DNA of 64,000 bases, from contig NC_087436.1 of NCBI RefSeq assembly GCF_036321535.1, positions 108,254,001 to 108,318,000 of the forward strand, given 5' to 3'. Source of the stretch: Camelus dromedarius (taxonomy: Eukaryota). The first letter of the stretch is position 1. Every line of letters begins with the position of its first letter. The notes below the pieces were generated by a model, which searched no databases, had not been told where the DNA came from, and saw nothing but the letters and a program-made list of their open reading frames with translations. The position numbers and the translations under genes are program-made. Shown piece by piece: positions 13,721-25,870 of the stretch.

Positions 13721-15529
13721 GGCAATGAAGGGGGAAATGACTCATTTTTCAGAAGCTACTTAGGAAGGTTCCTCAGTTCCTCTCATACCTACTCCCTTGC
13801 TTCACATAGCACCTTGGCAAAAGTTAGAGCTCATCGTAGGTTTCTTTGATTGACACTTTTCATTTATAGCTGCTCTCTTGATTTGTTTCTTTACATCTCA
13901 CACGACAGTCATGTGTTGAGCTGCTGCTCTGTGCAGCTGGTCTGCAAGAAGATGGCAGCACAGCACACTGGAGAGCAGGACTGATGCCACCCAGCAGAAG
14001 CACCTGCCACCCAGACCAAACCAAGTCAAGGAGTTTACAGGGATCTCCTTTAAGGCAGTGATGGTGAAGCGGGGACCCAGAGGACAAGCGAAAGCTAGTG
14101 AGACGCAGAAGGGAAATAACAGCTTCTAGACAAAAGAAGGGGCATGTTCAAGCCACTGAAAGAGATTTAGGATGGGTGGAATAGTCCAGAGAGTGAGTTA
14201 TACTAGGTAATACTGGAAAAACAGGTACTGGATAAAGAAAATAAGACCTCATAAATCATGTTTAGAATGGAGGTAAGAATGAATGAATGAGTAAAAAAGG
14301 AATGAACAATCTTACTTCAGGCACAAAGCTCTCGCAAAAGGACAGACAGGTCAGGCTTGGATAGTGATGCTTCCAATGGGAAGGGGTAATCAGCCTACTT
14401 CCTCTACCTTCTCCATGTAGGATGTGAGGATGGACATTTGGGAATAAATAAATGAAAAGGGGCTGATGGGCAGATAGCCTTTCCTTTATTTATTGTTTTT
14501 AAACTTTTTAGCTATAATTTAATGGTCATTCCTATTATCTATCCCTCCTTTTACTTTAATATTTCTTCCTGTTTCTTTGTGTCTCACCCCTTCTTTACCC
14601 CTCCAGTGACCCTGTGCTAATTGGGTTTGCTTATCCACAAATGTAATTTTAATTCTTTTGAGGAAAGAAAAGCCATAGTCATTTAGTGACTATTTTTCCC
14701 ATTAGGGCTGTCTTTGTAGGCTCCACATTCTCCATGGAAACACACACTTGGCTTGAAGTGCTGATGTTTTATTGTGTGGATATCAATAATCTGATGATGT
14801 CTTTTCTGAAATATCTGGCCTTTTCCTCTGTGTGCCATGGAGGAAAACATTAGGCTTGTAGCAATCCAACTGCCTTGAATTAGTGACAACGTGCTTTTCT
14901 CTGCTGAACTGAAAATGTTTATACCTTGGGAAATATAACTGAAGACATCATGTCACTGTCATTTTTGAAGACACGAATACAGCTTAGGGACAATATCAAA
15001 TGGACCCATGCAAATCACTCACGTGGTTTGTTCTCAGGTTATGCCAGGGAAATGGCATTATACATAGGATGCGTCTTACAGTTGAGATTTTTCTGGCTTC
15101 ACAGGTCGGACAGTCTCGCATTAGAAATATTGAGTGACAGCACATGGCTAATACCTTCACTTTTCTCAGGGACTTTATTATCCCCTGTGATTTATGAAGC
15201 TTCTTTGTTGAGAGGACCTATGTCTCTTTCCTGAAAGGAAACCAGACTTGGATCTGTTTGCAATTCTTAACCTTTTATTTTCTCAGTTATGGGGTGCCCC
15301 TTTTGCATCTTTACTAAACTTGTTAGTCAATCAAGCTTTCCTAAATCTTTCTCCTACCTTCATGTCTCACAGATAGATAGACCTGGCAGAATGGACTAAA
15401 GTTTTTCTGTACTATTGTTCAAGCCAAAGATTTGGCTTCATTTTATTCCTTTTCTGAATATCTCAGTGGGCCCTAACTAAAAACAGCCGAGTGGCAAAGT
15501 TGAGTAAGTCGTTAACAGAGTGAAATGAT

Positions 15530-16400
15530 TAAGACGATCATAAAAATGTCCTGGGCACTTAGTGAATGCCATGTAAAAGCTAAATGGTTTGCCTATGTTA
15601 TGCTCTTCAATTTGATGCAGGAAAATGGATGTGGGTTGTGAGCAGGGCTGTGTCCCAGATCCCTGGAACATGCCCCGCCAGGTGTGGGTCCTTGGCTTTC
15701 GCAGGAAAGAATTCAAGTGTGAGCCACAGTTGAGTAAAGGTAGATTTATTTAGAGAGATACACACCGCATAGAGTGTAAGGGAAGAGAAAGGCAAGGAAA
15801 CAGGTGTGGGAATTGGGTGCTCAGGTTAAGGTAAAAGTAGGTGCAAACTCCACAGACAGAGTGAGGGCCGTCTCTGGAGAGGAGGGAGCAAAAAAGGGCA
15901 CCAGGCGTGGTGTCGCCAGTTTTTATGGGCTCAGTAGCTTCATACACCTACAGGTGGGACCATTCCAACTGCCCTGGGGAAGGGGCTGGGATTCCCAGGA
16001 ATTGGGCCACCTCCCATTCTTTGGCCTTTTGCGGTTATCCTTGGGGCTGTCATGGTGCCTGTGATCATGTTATCTATCACGCTGTTATAATGAGCATATA
16101 ATGACACTCAAGGTCTACTAGAAGTCAAACCTCTTAATCCTCAAGGCCAACTGGGAGTTGAATCTTCCACCATTTTGGTGAATCTTCCACCATTTTGGTG
16201 TTAAATTGCTGTATCATTCCTTGAATGGCTGTCCCCTGCCCCCTTCCCTCCTGTCTCAAATTCTCACAACAACCATTGGGATAAATACTATTGGTGGATG
16301 AAGAAGTGGGCTCAAATTTGTTAAATAAATTGAACAAAATCCCGTAGATATTAAGAAACAGATCTAGGATTCAAACCTGTGTTTTTCTGATTCCATTATC
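15530..16400 (-). mobile_element. MIR SINE split by the solo LTR
   Basis: Left part about 15530-15612; right part 'ctcacaacaacc...ggatgaagaag...ctaggattcaaacctg' resumes after the LTR. Confidence 0.6.
15613..16258 (-). mobile_element. Intact solo LTR, class I (ERV1-like), 646 bp
   Basis: TG...CA termini; exact 4-bp TSD AATT (15609-15612, 16259-16262); minus-strand AATAAA near 15745-15750 and CATAAAAA TATA-like box near 15920-15927. Confidence 0.92.
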
Positions 16401-19199
16401 CCAGTGATAAAGGATTCATCAGTGTATTATATAGGCCCCTCAATATTGTTTTCATTTAAAATAGGTCTGTAAGTTTGAAAAAATGCTTTATCCTATACTA
16501 CTTTTTACAAAACAAGATTGTAGCCCTGATCTTTCTCCTATTCGCTGTGTGGTACTGGATGTAGCACCGAAACTCTCTGGATCTCACTTCCTTGGCAGAA
16601 AGCATCAAAGATTTGATGCCTCTTTTAAAAATAAATGACTCTTTAAATAATAACATTAGTAATTGATGATTATATTTATACACTTTATTTCATTAGTATG
16701 AGATTGATAGCTTTTGTAATTACAAAGTGCTGTCATTTATCTTATTACAGGATTTGAGTATGAGACAGACACATAATATTCTAATGAGAAAGACACAAAA
16801 TATGAAAATGCCTCCATATATCTGAAAATATGGACATTCCAAGGAAAGTTAATTCCTCCTTATTTTATATTTATGCTGTTTTGTGGTACTTATTTATCCA
16901 TCGCTGTCACCAAGGCAAACTCTTGATAAGGCAAAGATGAGTTTGTTGTGTCCCCTAGTGTGGGAGAAGTCCACTTTGGAATATCTGGGTCAGTGTCTCT
17001 GAAGACAGACAAGGTCAGATTTCATTGAGAATTTTAAGTTTGATGTAAGGTGGCTCTTTCAATGAGAGGCTTTGGTTACGGTTGAGTAAGGATCACTACA
17101 CATCTGTCCAGGACTGATGGAAACAGCAAACCAAGATGTTGAGGTAAGGGTTTGTATGGTCTCAGGGTGCAAACTGTCAGTTAATGCCTCCTGGTGAAGA
17201 GCTGATGGGAACTTCAGGAAGTTCCTGTAATGAGCTATCAAGTTGTTTGCCTGAACAAGAGTCTCCTGGAAGAGTAAAGGGATGCTAATGAAGACAGAAC
17301 AGTCATGTTAATGCAGGCAGTATTCATCCCCAGTGCTAAAGAATGAGCTCGCCCACTGCGGGGCTGCCTCCTGGCCATCTGTGTTTCTCCACCTGGAGCA
17401 GAGTAGTGCCACGGTAGTGGAGGTGGGGAGGTGATGGCGGCAGTGGGATAAATGGGAACACTAGAATGGCTTTTATCTACTCCCCACTTGCCAGATGCAC
17501 TCCTGCACACTTCCTGGTGAATTATCTCATCTGCTGTTTGTAACAACCTTACTTTCCTTTCACTGATTTGTCATAAAGAGAGATTGTTTTCATTGTTTGA
17601 GAAAAAGTTTGTTACAATTAATTGGACTGTCTTTCAATCGATTTATATCATGTAAATCAGCCTACTGTGTTTACCTTTATTCATTCCAACACAAATATTA
17701 ACATTTCCAACAGATTTTGCCAACTAAAAGCTAAGGGGAACTTCAGCCCTCAGTGAAGTTGGTGGGTGAGTTAGAGTAAACTCAAGAAGCTCGTTAACCA
17801 ATATTTTCTTCTGTCAGAGTTTTAAGCACAGAAAAATCGATTGTGACTTGATCCCCATCCATATCCCTGCTGAGAGCAACTCTGTGACCTTGGGTCTCCC
17901 TGAATCAGACTCTTGAATGAATTTTCTCCCCAACACTGATGGCTTTTCCAACTTTTAAGTCTCTGCTGCCACACTGTGGGGAAACAGAATAATACATTAG
18001 CGTAGATGAGTTTTGACATCTTTTGTCATTCACAGCGCCTCAAATTCAATTTTAAAAATAGCATAAAAGTAAGAAAGCTTTCAGACGAAGGATGATGTTA
18101 AGTGACGTCATTACAGACTGAGGGAGCGATGGCACTATTATTAATAAGGTTGCTTTACTGACTACTTGGGTAATGAGCTCAGTTCAAAATGTAGTCACTT
18201 TAAGAGAGGCAGCCCTGTGTAGCGAAACAAATGTGAGCTTCCAGTTCCAACTGTACCAAGGGTACAGACTTTCTTCCTCATTCCCTTGCAATTTTTCTTC
18301 TTCCCATCCTTCTTTTTTTTTTTCTTTCCTCCTTGCACTAAAATTGATTGAGAATCTACTACCCCGTTTCAGATAGTATAATGAATGTTATTAATACAGA
18401 ATCAAATTAGGTATTCTCTCAAAATTTCAATGGGGATGCTCTTTAGTGATAAAGAAAGGTATATGCAATGAAAATTAGAATATAAAGAAGGTTTGAGAGA
18501 GTTAAGCACAAGAAGTCATGAGACTATAAAAAAGCAGCTTTCAAAGCCAGGTTTTGAATTATTTGCAGCAAAATTCTGACACGTTATTTTCTGGGAGTCA
18601 GAAATCCCATATTCCCATGACTGTGGCGGCTACTGTCTGCAGATACTCTGAGCTCCCACTGTTCTCCTTATAGTGAGAGCGCTCTTCTGCCATCTTTGTT
18701 GGAAGGCAATTGGAACGGATAGAGAGTAAGTCAAGTTATGATCAAACAGAGCCTTCCTCTACAGCTTAGTCAATCCCATTTCAAAGGAGTTGAAAGAGCT
18801 TTAGACAGAAAGGTGGAGATCTTTTCAATCTTCTTTAGAAATACGCTTTTTTATATGCGTACATTTTATCATCTATATAATGCAATGTTGATATTCATCT
18901 AGTTTTAAGCATCTCTAGGAAACAACACCCAAGAATGGGGACATCCACCAACGTTTAAAAATAGAATGTAAATAAATAAAATATTACCTCAAGGAACATA
19001 CAAAATGGCCTTAACATATTGAACCTCAGCTCTTCCTTTAGGTCATAAAAGTGGTAGCTATACCCTAAAAATGACTGTTACTTATTGTTTCTTTAATATA
19101 CTGTTTCCTAGAAATACCCACATCGAATTTAAGGCTTAACAAACCTGGGAAGCAAGCGTTTAGTGTCCATATTAGTTGGGGAGATTGAAGGAAGAGTGT

Positions 19200-19420
19200 G
19201 AATTAATATTTGTTAAGTGGATATTATGTGCAGCCATGTGCCAGACAGTTTATATCCACTCGTTTACTTAAACACTCAAAAAAAAAGAAGGTTGATAATT
19301 AGCTCCATTTCAGAGATGAGGAAACTGAGGTTCAGGGAGTGTAAGCAAATTGTTTCAGGTCTCATGACTAGTAAATGGCAGGACCTGGATAAAACCAGAC
19401 CCATGTTGTTCCATTCGACC
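19200..19420 (-). mobile_element. MIR SINE
   Basis: Clear reverse core 'ccatttcagagatgaggaaactgaggttcagggag...tagtaaatggcagg'. Confidence 0.85.
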
Positions 19421-19999
19421 ATCAGAACCAAAAGGAAGCATTTAAAAATCTACATCCAAATGAGAATGTGTGTTATCTAAATCTACCTAAGTTTATTTTT
19501 TTAAGAGTAATATGGTGTCAGTAATAAGAGGAGGATAAGTATGAAGGCTTTGCTTTAAATCACATGAAAATGTATTTGCTTATCTTTGAAATGCACAATT
19601 TTTTATTAAGTACATTTTAAATTAAGCCTTCTTCTTGGAAGTGAAAGAAAACTGTTAGCTAATTTAAAAGTCAGGAATGCAAGGAGTTCTTTTGAAGTAC
19701 AGGTTTTCAGAGCCAAAATTCATAAACATCAGTTCAACGGGAAAATCAAGTCAAGTCATTTAAATGCTGAGTCTTTTCATAATGTGAGCCAGACTGTTGC
19801 CATTTTTAAATACAAGTGAAATTTACAGTCCAGTGGAAATAGAAACAAACAAACAAAGAAAGAAAAAAAAACAGAAGGAGGGGAGAGTCTAACTTAGCAG
19901 CTTGATTTGGGCTTAAAGACAAAATCCAGCCTCCTTGGATAAAAAGGTAGGAATGTGCTACGCGGTTGTTAGGGCGAGGATGTGAGGTTGAGCTGGATG

Positions 20000-20445
20000 A
20001 GGATGAGGCTGGTGGATGGTCCCTGGACAGAACCTCACTTTCCTCATCTGTTCTTGGGATAGTAATAGTGCCAGGATGTAACACTACTGTGAGCATTCAG
20101 CAAAGTTATATATATGTAAAACTCTCAATCCACCGAATGCCCTTAGCACATAGAACCTACCTGGTAAAGGTTCATCTTTATTATCATCCCTACAGACAAT
20201 AATGGTATTGAGTAGACATGGTGCAAGTTATGGTACTATCATACCAAGTCTCCAGGAGCAGGTTTATATCATAATAGGTGTGTGACCTTCGAGAGTAACT
20301 TAATCATTTAAGGTTCAGTTTCCATATCTGTAAAAGGGGAAATATTAATCATATCTAAGCACAAGCTGCTTTGGTTGTCATATGAAAGAATGTTTGTGAA
20401 AGGCCTTCTTGAAAGACTACTAAAATGCTGGTAATCATCATCATC
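20000..20445 (+). mobile_element. Two tandem MIR fragments
   Basis: Cores 'ctcactttcctcatctgttcttgggatagtaatagt' (about 20035) and 'tcagtttccatatctgtaaaagggga' (about 20315). Confidence 0.75.
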
Positions 20446-20707
20446 TCTGTCTATTTCTTCTAGTTTTCATAGAAGTCTCATCTTAAATCCATTCATGAGT
20501 CAGATTAATGGTAATAATAATCTCAACAATATCACAGTAACATAAAATATACTTACTCGCTGACTATCTTTTCTAGCTCTCTTCCAGGAATACTGAGCTA
20601 AGAGGGGGAAAACTCTGATCAGATGATAACTCGGGCTCTGAGGGAAGGACATCCAGATTTATATTGACTGGAGAGAAGGAAGATGAGGGTTAGCTTCCCT
20701 GCTGTGT

Positions 20708-21190
20708 ATATTAGGAACCTATTTAGCTGCAAGTAATAGCATTCAACTAACAGTGACTTAAGTTAACGAGCTAATATTTTCTTATATAACAGGTTTAGAG
20801 GGAGATAGTTTCTGACTCCTGAATCAGCTCACAGCAGTGAGACTGAGAATTTCTCTAGTCCTCTGCCCACAGTTCTCATGCCCATGATTGTTGCCTCGTG
20901 GTGGCAGACAGCTGCAGCAGCCCGTTATCCATGTTCAAGGATGGAAGAAGGGGAAATAAATGGTACCAGCCCATACCTGTCCCTTAGGAAGAGAGAGAAA
21001 GCTTTCCCAGAATCTCCCGGCAAACTTTCTATTATATCTCAAAGGCCAGAGTGTGTCAGATGGCTACTGCTGGCTGCAATCAACACTGGGAAAATGTATA
21101 CTTAATTAGGTACAAGACTACTCCTAGTAACAGGGAATATGGAACAATGACTGGATGCAGCTAGCAGTACCTGTCACAGTGCCATTCTCA
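20708..21190 (-). mobile_element. MaLR LTR (MLT1K/L-like)
   Basis: 'tagctgcaagtaatagcattcaactaacagtgactta', 'gacagctgcagcagc' and 'ggccagagtgtgtcagatggctac' match the MLT1 pattern. Confidence 0.75.
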
Positions 21191-21967
21191 GAGCTGGCAG
21201 AGGAGGGACCATTCCCAATTAGAGGTGTAGGAACTCTGCGGCATAGTAAGCATGATGGTGTTTCCAATAACCTTATGTTATTTGTGAGTGTGTTTTTGGG
21301 ATGAGATAGAAAGGACATAATAGAATAGATAGAGTTTGAAAGAATTTTGAATTAGTTAGAGGAATGGAGAGAGAAATTTGCTTTAAGTAAAAGTTACCTT
21401 GTAAACTATTTCTGTTGTAATAGGAAAAAATAATACATCTAATTTTCAAGTGCCTAGTGAAAATATCACATTATTCCTAATTCAAGTTTTTTGCTAGAGA
21501 AATAAACGCTATCTACTCTGCTCTCCTGGGCAGCTGTTATAATGTTCAGATACTGTGTTAAGTGTTCAAATTGTAAGTGAAAAAGAAATTTGGCTAAGAA
21601 ACTATAGTTCTGAACAAGTGATTTAAACATCCTTAACTTTTAGGAAGAAAAGGAGATACAATTAGATGTAATCTATCAGGTGAAATGAAACACATTATAG
21701 AAAGTAGTTCCTCAGAAATTTTAAAACTTGATAGCCTTGTACATAAACTGGGCCTGATAAACTTCAAAATATCTGTTCGAAGAGAACTGGGATTTACCTG
21801 ATTTTTAGTATCGCTGGTTTCTTATAAGAGGAGGCTTTTTATCCCATTAGCTCATCATAACTATCTTTGTAGAATTTGAAATCCTCATAACAATGGAACA
21901 TTGTGCTGTAAGATTAAACTGCATCGTTTTAAGAACTTTTAGTTTATTCAAGAACAGTATTTGGCTC

Positions 21968-21985
21968 CAGCGCCACCCAGTGACA
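21968..21985 (-). promoter_or_regulatory. CTCF-like motif
   Basis: cagcgccacccagtgaca reads TGTCACTGGGTGGCGCTG on minus, close to the CTCF core, with CpG retained; motif only. Confidence 0.5.
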
Positions 21986-22044
21986 AATCTAAAAATTGCA
22001 TGCTATTGAGTCGACCTCTTAGACTTAACATTTTTCTAATACAC

Positions 22045-22270
22045 AGGCCATTGACCATGTGCTTAAAACATGGCTAGTTCTAATTGAGATTTGCTGTAAG
22101 TGTAAATACACATTGGATGACATTAATGCATGTTAAAATGTTCATATTTAGACATATTTGGTTAAAGAAAATATATCGTTCATTTGTATATTTTTTATTA
22201 TTTTTCATGTGATTATTAGAAAATTTAAGATTTACTCATAGTTTGCATTATATTTCTGTGACACAGTGCT
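22045..22270. mobile_element. hAT-Charlie MITE fragment (MER33-like)
   Basis: 'ggctagttctaattgagatttgctgtaagtgtaaatacac' and end 'gcattatatttctgtgacacagtgct'. Confidence 0.8.
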
Positions 22271-22449
22271 CACTTAGAGACTTAATTGGGTAGTTTTGCC
22301 CAGAGAGGTCATTTGGCAAAAGTATAGAGGTAAACCATCTAAATTTATTCAAAAGAACGTGTTGGATCATGAATAGAAGAGACGGTGATAAATATATCCA
22401 GGTTTCCTTCATATGTACAATTCTGGTCATGGTAAATGAATTATATTAT

Positions 22450-22685
22450 TATGCTTAATTACTCTTAAGGTGCCTGTATTGAGAATTCACTGGGTTTGGA
22501 CATTGTTTTAAGGACTCTGCATGCATTTACTCACGGAATCTGCACAAAAATTCTGTAATGCAATTACTGTTATTTTCCTGGCTTTACACACAACCGAGTG
22601 AAGTCCTGAGAGCTGAATGCCTTGGCCAAGGTCACATGGCGTGAGATCTGAAGACAGTCTGGCTCTGGAGTCTACATTTCCTGTC
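22450..22685 (-). mobile_element. MIR SINE
   Basis: 'ccttggccaaggtcacatggc...ctggctctggagtc' is a reverse MIR 5' half. Confidence 0.65.
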
Positions 22686-24151
22686 CTCCTCCTGAAGACA
22701 AAATGTGGATGAAAAAATAAAAACCACATTGGCCACAGGGAAACTGCTTTAAGCACATGTTCACCCCAATGATAGAAAGTAGTCCCAGATTGTTGCCAAC
22801 TTTCTAGATATTGCCTGTTCTTATTAATAACATTCACATATGTTTATTAGCAATAGAGTCATTTTTAAATGCTATATTTCAGGTAATCCAGAGGTCATTT
22901 AGCATCCCCTGCAATCGGGAGATGCCATGAGGATCCTAAGATGAATAAGACCAACGATTTGCCTCTCAGGTGCTCAGAGTTGGGGCAAATTGGATCCATG
23001 AACACATAATATAGATAAAGCACACAGAAGGAAAGCCTCCAAAGGAGATAGAATTTAAGCAGAATTTGTAGGAAAACTAGGATTTGTCAGGCAGAAAAGA
23101 GAGGGAATCCAGAGGTCCCATGCAGAGGGGACAGCTTGGGCAAAGTTTCATAATCATGAAACAGCATGACCTGCAGAAAACTAGAAACAGATCAGTAGTG
23201 CATGAGTTTACAGTTGTGGGGAGAGGTCAGGGTGTCAGTCTCACGGGCCAGTCACGAAGATCTTTTTCATCCCCAGGCTCAACTCAGAAATGTGCCAGCT
23301 TGCCAACCTGAGTATGAGAAAATGATTTTGTAGGGGAGTTGATAAGTTCTAAGTTTGATTTGATCTAATTTTTTTTCACTTTAATATTGCAATTTTATGT
23401 GATAAGATGAGTGCCCTGGGTTAAAAAAATCTATGAAACTAAAGTCACAGAAGTAGTTTAAGAACACGTCTTTCTAAACTTGGAAAGCTCTCCAGGCCCT
23501 GTGAAGATCAAATGAACTCATATATATGACATTGCTTTGAAAACAGCCCAGTGCCATGTAGATGTGAGTTTTATGATTATTGTCACCTGGGAGTTGAATC
23601 AATCAGGCCATTTAAAGATCTAGGGTACCATTATTTTAAAGACAAACCTTTTGGATACCCTTTTGATTAGTTCTTTAGTGAATATTTTTTAAAAAATCTT
23701 ATGGGCTGCATCACTACAAGGCTGATAGATTTTCTTTGAGGATTTTTGAGGTCATGACAAACTGGTACATTGATTTTGACTAAAATGCAAAGTCAATTGG
23801 TAAAACGGTCAAAATGCATATATGTGTGTGCAGACCGAGACTAATTAAAAAATAATTTCAGTTTGGTCTTGTTCATGTTATTTTTTAAAGATCTTAATAA
23901 GTATCAGGACTATGACATGACAGTATCCAATGTGAGCCTCCACAGTCATTTTAATTTCACCTTGAGGAACTAGGGAGACTCAGTATATACTTTCCTCAAA
24001 CTGAGTGAGGGATAGATTGCCTCCCTAAATAGAGAAAGGCCCCTCATGTAGACCAGCAACATAGAGACAGGTCTCCAGTTCTGTCTGTCGTCCCAACGGC
24101 ACTGGCCCAGTGCTGAGTACAAACACGTGCAAAATATGATGGTGGGTGAAT

Positions 24152-24292
24152 TGAATCACCCCAGTGATGTTTAAAACGCAGATCTTTGAATCCTTAGAAC
24201 CAGATAATGAGAATCTGTGGGGTTGGGGCATGGGACTTAGTATTTTAAACAAACGTCCTAGATGATTTTAACGTGTTCTAAATTTTGAGAGG
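24152..24292. mobile_element. hAT-Charlie MITE fragment (MER5A-like)
   Basis: 'gaatcacccc...gaatctgtggggttggggc...tattttaaacaaacgtcctagatgatttt...tttgaga'. Confidence 0.7.
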
Positions 24293-24295
24293 CTT

Positions 24296-24680
24296 AGGAC
24301 CTGGAGATTGTTATTCTAAGTGAAATAAGCCAGAAAGAGAAAGAAGAAAACCATATGATATCACTTATATGGGGAATCTAAAAAAAAGACAAACAAACTT
24401 ATTTACAGAACAGAAACAGACTCACAGACATTGAAAACAAACTTATGGTTACCATGGGGGGAAAGGTGTAGGAAGGGATAAATTGGGAGTTCAAGATTTG
24501 CAGGTACTAATATATTTGAAATAGATAAACAAGTTCATACTGTATAGCACAGGGAACTATATTCAATATCTTACAGTAACTTATGGTAAGAAAGAATATG
24601 AAAATGAATGTATATATGTTCATGTGTGACTGAAGCATTATGCTGTACACCAGAAATTGACACAGCATAGTAAACTGACT
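24296..24680 (+). mobile_element. 5'-truncated LINE-1 3' end (camelid-like subfamily)
   Basis: 'ctaagtgaaataagccagaaagagaaag...ctgtatagcacagggaactatattcaatatc...gctgtacaccagaaattgacac'. Confidence 0.92.
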
Positions 24681-24727
24681 CTCTCTCTCTCTATGTGTGT
24701 GTGTGTGTGTATATATATATATGTATA
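24679..24727. repeat. Compound microsatellite (CT)n(TG)n(TA)n at the L1 tail
   Basis: Read directly from the sequence. Confidence 0.9.
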
Positions 24728-25836
24728 ATGAAATATAGAAGCAGTATACTTTTTAAAATGTTGTCATAAACCCAAGGTAAGTCAGGAGGCTGGAATTTTA
24801 TCATATTAAAGTCCCAGTTTTCCAGACCACATCAATTTCATGCCTGCATAATGAGACAACTGGTATATGTGACTGTAAAATCACTCTCAATAATAAAGAA
24901 CAGGTGTTTATCCAGTAGAACTGGTAAATATAAGTTCCACAAACTGTGGATATACATTTCCTGTGAAAAATTAGGATGTGTTAGCAGCTCTGTGATTTTA
25001 CATGGAGTCCTGATGTTCCTCTCAGGGTCAGCTAAGGGTTACAGTGAGCCCTTTGTTAAGTGCAAAATGTGGTCAGGTTTGTGCCTTCTAGTCTAAATTA
25101 TGCCAACTTGCAAGGCTTTTTAATAAGAAAAATGAATTTTCTCATTAAAGATAAAGGTCTCATTTCTGATTTCATAATTTATTCCTGAAAGAGACAGTAT
25201 TGGAGAAAAGAAGCAGTGAAATAAAGAGAGAAACTTTTGGCAGAAGGAAAGAGTATCTTGGACTCAGGGAACATTGAAGAGGAAATCATGTATAAATCAG
25301 AAGATCTGAGGTTTTTTTTTTTTTTTAAGTTGTAAAATTTGAAAAAAAAAATTTCTTCTCACTGAAAAACTGAGATCCTGGTATTTATATGTTTTGGGGG
25401 GAAAATACTGGCAATGGCAAAGAACTGCCTGATAATTTCTCATTTGTGATAATTGTTCAGCTTCAATTCATTTAGGGAAGATCTAACCTATTTTATGTCT
25501 GGCGATTAATTCTTTCATAAAAAGATAACTGCCCCCTCACTCCAATTTTCTCATTCTAGAGCAGGCTGTTAATTAGGGGGAAAATGCCAATTTCCATTTT
25601 CCTATTACCATTTTGAACATGTATCAGACCTTGAAATAGGGATGAATGTGCCCTGTTTTCAGCTTCATTTTGACAGTAAAGGGATCTGGGCTACTACAGT
25701 GTTATCATTTTCATAAAGAAAATGTCTCTTTTATGCTGCCTTCCTAATTTTGAACCTCAGTTTGGGAATCCAGGGAGAACTGGGTAGATACCATACTTAA
25801 GAGTTATAATCTTCAGCAAGTGATCTGCCTAAGACT

Positions 25837-25837
<1 letters not shown>

Positions 25838-25867
<30 letters not shown>
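25838..25867. repeat. (TG)n microsatellite
   Basis: Read directly from the sequence. Confidence 0.95.

Positions 25868-25870
<3 letters not shown>

Noticed and set aside
18680..18705. CTCF-like word ctgccatctttgttgg (similar one near 13940-13960)
   Set aside because: Spacing and 5' half deviate from the core consensus
24774..24782. Consensus splice donor AAG|GTAAGT (another, GAG|GTAAGT, on minus near 2893-2901)
   Set aside because: No plausible upstream acceptor or exon; isolated donors occur by chance
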